Shown piece after piece: positions 61,839 through 64,000 of a stretch of DNA of 64,000 nt (positions are counted from its first letter, which is position 1; every line of letters begins with the position of its first letter). This DNA comes from an uncultured Clostridia bacterium (GTDB taxonomy: Bacteria > Bacillota > Clostridia > TANB77 > CAG-508). Both the position numbers and the translations under genes were made by a program. The notes below the pieces were generated by a model. It was not told where the DNA came from. It made no database searches and was given only the letters and a program-made list of their open reading frames with translations. The stretch covers positions 7,588 through 71,587 of the forward strand of contig CALXQV010000040.1 in NCBI GenBank assembly GCA_944390535.1. The letters are read 5' to 3'.

Positions 61839-64000
61839 TTATTCTGTTCTTAATGCTTCTACTGGGTCTTTCTTACTTGCCATCTTTGCTGGAATTAAAC
61901 CTGCAATAATGGTTAATATCATGCTAATTAGTATAAGAATAACTCCACCAACTATTGGAAGTGATATCGTAACACTAACACCTGTGACAGCATAAATAAT
62001 TTTTGTAATTGGTATATTTAATAATATCGTTACACCAATTCCTAGTAATCCTGCAATAAATCCTACAATAAAGGTTTCTGCATTAAATACCCTTGATATA
62101 TCTTTTTTAGATGCTCCAATTGCTCTTAAAATTCCAATTTCCTTTGTTCTTTCTAATACAGATATATACGTAATAATTCCTATCATGATGGAAGATACGA
62201 TTAGCGAAATAGCTACAAATGCAATTAAGACATAACTAATTGTATCAATAATTTGACTAACTGACTTCATCATAATACCAATTAAATCTGTATAATTAAT
62301 GACATTTTCTTCTTTTCCCCCATCTCTTTGTTTTTGATTATAATTATCAATTTCTTTTGTTATGACATCTTTTGCATCAAAGTTTTTTGGATAAATGCTA
62401 ATAGAAGATGGTTTATCAAGATTAACAGCCCCTAATAATTCCAAATTTCCATCATAACTGGCATTGGCATTATTACTATAAGTTTCCATAATTTGTGCTA
62501 CTTCTTCTGTACTTAGCATTGCTAATTTTGCTTTTTGTTCATCACTTAATTGACTATAATCAAATGTTTTAGAAGCTTCATCAGGAAATACTAATCCTGT
62601 AAATACATTGATATCTGGATTATCTTTTTGTTCTTTTACAATTTCTGTCTCATTGGTTTTATTGATAACATATTCTTTTAATTCTTTTGTATATCCAATT
62701 CCACCACTCATTCCTGTTGCTACACTTTGTTCATTTTGTTTAATAATCCCTACAATATTTATGTTTTCACAGTTATTAAGAAGTTCTTTCATATATGCTT
62801 CATCTTCGCTTTTATCTATCCATAATCCATTTTCTTTTTCATAATAATCGGAATTCAATACTAATTTGAAAGATAAATTTAATAATTCATCATACGTATA
62901 CGTTGTTGCTTCTGATTCTTCCACAGTTTCTCCGTTTTGCACTTTATTCCATTTTTCTTCTAACTCATTTTGGTCTTTTAATCCTAAGGAATATAAAGTA
63001 TAATCACTAATTTCATGATTATCATTTACAATCAAAACGACTTCATTATAATTTGTAGGCCAGCTTCCTGCTACTAAATCATATTGAGAATGTAATAATT
63101 CTTCATTGTCTAACATTTCTTCCCAGACATCTGTATTTGACATGCTTGTCATACTAGAACCAAACATAGAACTCATAGAAGAATTTTCTCTGGCATTTAA
63201 CATCTCTTCCATACCAAGAGCATTCATAACTGTACTTGGATTTACTTGAACAACTCCATTAGAAGTATCTTCTTTATATAAATTTATATTTAAATGATAA
63301 TTATATTGTACACTACTTGCATTTTCCTTTATCATAGTATTTTCGTTTTCAATATAATTTTTTAATGCTTCTAAATTATTATTTGATACTTTACTAGATA
63401 GTGTAGATATCATATCATTCATGATATCTCTAGAATAGATTTTCCCCTCTTCATGTGCTTCTGTATTTTCTTCGACTTCTCCCATGAACCCTTCCATCAT
63501 ACTAGATATGTCTACGGTTGATTCATCAATAGTAATAGGATAAGAAGATAAGGTATCTTCCTCTACTCGATTAATATAGTTTTGTACACCATTTGAAATC
63601 GATAAGATTAAGGCTATACCAATAATTCCTATACTTCCTGCAAATGATGTTAATAATGTTCTTCCTTTTTTAGTCATTAAATTGTTTAAACTAAGTCTTA
63701 AAGCTGTAAAAAATTTCATGGAAGTTCTACCATCTTTTGCTTTTGCATCTTTTTCCTTTTTTCTATCTTCTTCTGTAAATGGTTTTGAATCATCTGTTAT
63801 CATTCCATCTAAAATTTTTACAATTCTAGTAGAATATGTTTCTGCTAATTCTGGATTATGCGTTACCATGACAATTAACTTGTCTTTTGAGATTTCTTTT
63901 AAAATCTCCATAATTTGGACACTTGTTTTTGTGTCTAATGCACCTGTTGGTTCATCTGCCAAAATAATATCTGGGTTATTTACTAAAGCTCTTGCAATCG
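61839..64000 (-). CDS. MacB-like ABC transporter with fused ATPase and FtsX-type permease; 5' end beyond the window
   Basis: ADEPTGALD Walker B/D-loop at the window edge; large extracytoplasmic domain; C-terminal FtsX-like TM segments. The reverse translation continues in frame past 64000 (IARALVNNPDIILADEPTGALD). Confidence 0.75.
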   Translation of the reverse strand, partial: IARALVNNPDIILADEPTGALDTKTSVQIMEILKEISKDKLIVMVTHNPELAETYSTRIVKILDGMITDDSKPFTEEDRKKEKDAKAKDGRTSMKFFTALRLSLNNLMTKKGRTLLTSFAGSIGIIGIALILSISNGVQNYINRVEEDTLSSYPITIDESTVDISSMMEGFMGEVEENTEAHEEGKIYSRDIMNDMISTLSSKVSNNNLEALKNYIENENTMIKENASSVQYNYHLNINLYKEDTSNGVVQVNPSTVMNALGMEEMLNARENSSMSSMFGSSMTSMSNTDVWEEMLDNEELLHSQYDLVAGSWPTNYNEVVLIVNDNHEISDYTLYSLGLKDQNELEEKWNKVQNGETVEESEATTYTYDELLNLSFKLVLNSDYYEKENGLWIDKSEDEAYMKELLNNCENINIVGIIKQNEQSVATGMSGGIGYTKELKEYVINKTNETEIVKEQKDNPDINVFTGLVFPDEASKTFDYSQLSDEQKAKLAMLSTEEVAQIMETYSNNANASYDGNLELLGAVNLDKPSSISIYPKNFDAKDVITKEIDNYNQKQRDGGKEENVINYTDLIGIMMKSVSQIIDTISYVLIAFVAISLIVSSIMIGIITYISVLERTKEIGILRAIGASKKDISRVFNAETFIVGFIAGLLGIGVTILLNIPITKIIYAVTGVSVTISLPIVGGVILILISMILTIIAGLIPAKMASKKDPVEALRTE

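Noticed and set aside
1-64000. CRISPR arrays, rRNA and tRNA genes, integrases and transposases
   Set aside because: No regularly spaced direct repeats, no GC-rich structured RNA blocks, and no recombinase-like ORFs were found in any frame.

Overview
AT-rich (~28-30% GC) Firmicutes/Clostridia-like chromosomal segment, with almost every gene on the minus strand. From the start of the window the contents are as follows.

- **Uracil permease:** runs off the left edge; its C-terminus carries a Upp-like motif.
- **Hydrogenase operon:** a trimeric NADH-dependent [FeFe]-hydrogenase operon (NuoE-like, small protein, NuoF-like, HydA) is split by a tandem pair of aminopeptidase C paralogs.
- **Housekeeping and small genes:** a DUF5684 membrane protein, uvrB, a DUF4160/DUF2442 pair, oligoendopeptidase F, an SOS-type LysM (YneA-like) gene with LexA-like boxes, and three paralogous small polytopic membrane proteins with a TVP38 protein.
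- **Sporulation remnants:** an orphan dpaB (spoVFB) and a spoIIID copy broken by an in-frame stop.
- **Other accessory genes:** a GNAT next to an HTH/Panacea-domain protein, GtrA/GtrB, and a 1203-aa ricin-B-repeat GH25 muramidase.
- **Glycopolymer locus:** a ~17 kb cell-wall glycopolymer locus with many GT2/GT4 genes, a Wzx flippase, a Wzm/Wzt ABC pair and DUF2304.
- **Metabolic and transport genes:** an IMPDH-family gene, two MDR-type ABC exporters, tandem acetate kinases, NUDIX, pta, a PAP2-DgkA fusion and metK.
- **ATPase module:** an own-promoter module encoding a HerA/FtsK-superfamily ATPase and a Cys-rich partner.
- **Right edge:** a lipid kinase and a MacB-like ABC gene that runs off the right edge.

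Non-coding highlights:

- A MITE-like element with perfect 42-bp terminal inverted repeats lies between the ackA paralogs. It supplies the C-terminal codons of one copy and has a solo repeat next to a duplicated hydA fragment.
- There is a second nested-palindrome element, plus two different conserved leader motifs that each occur twice.

No rRNA, tRNA or CRISPR array was seen.
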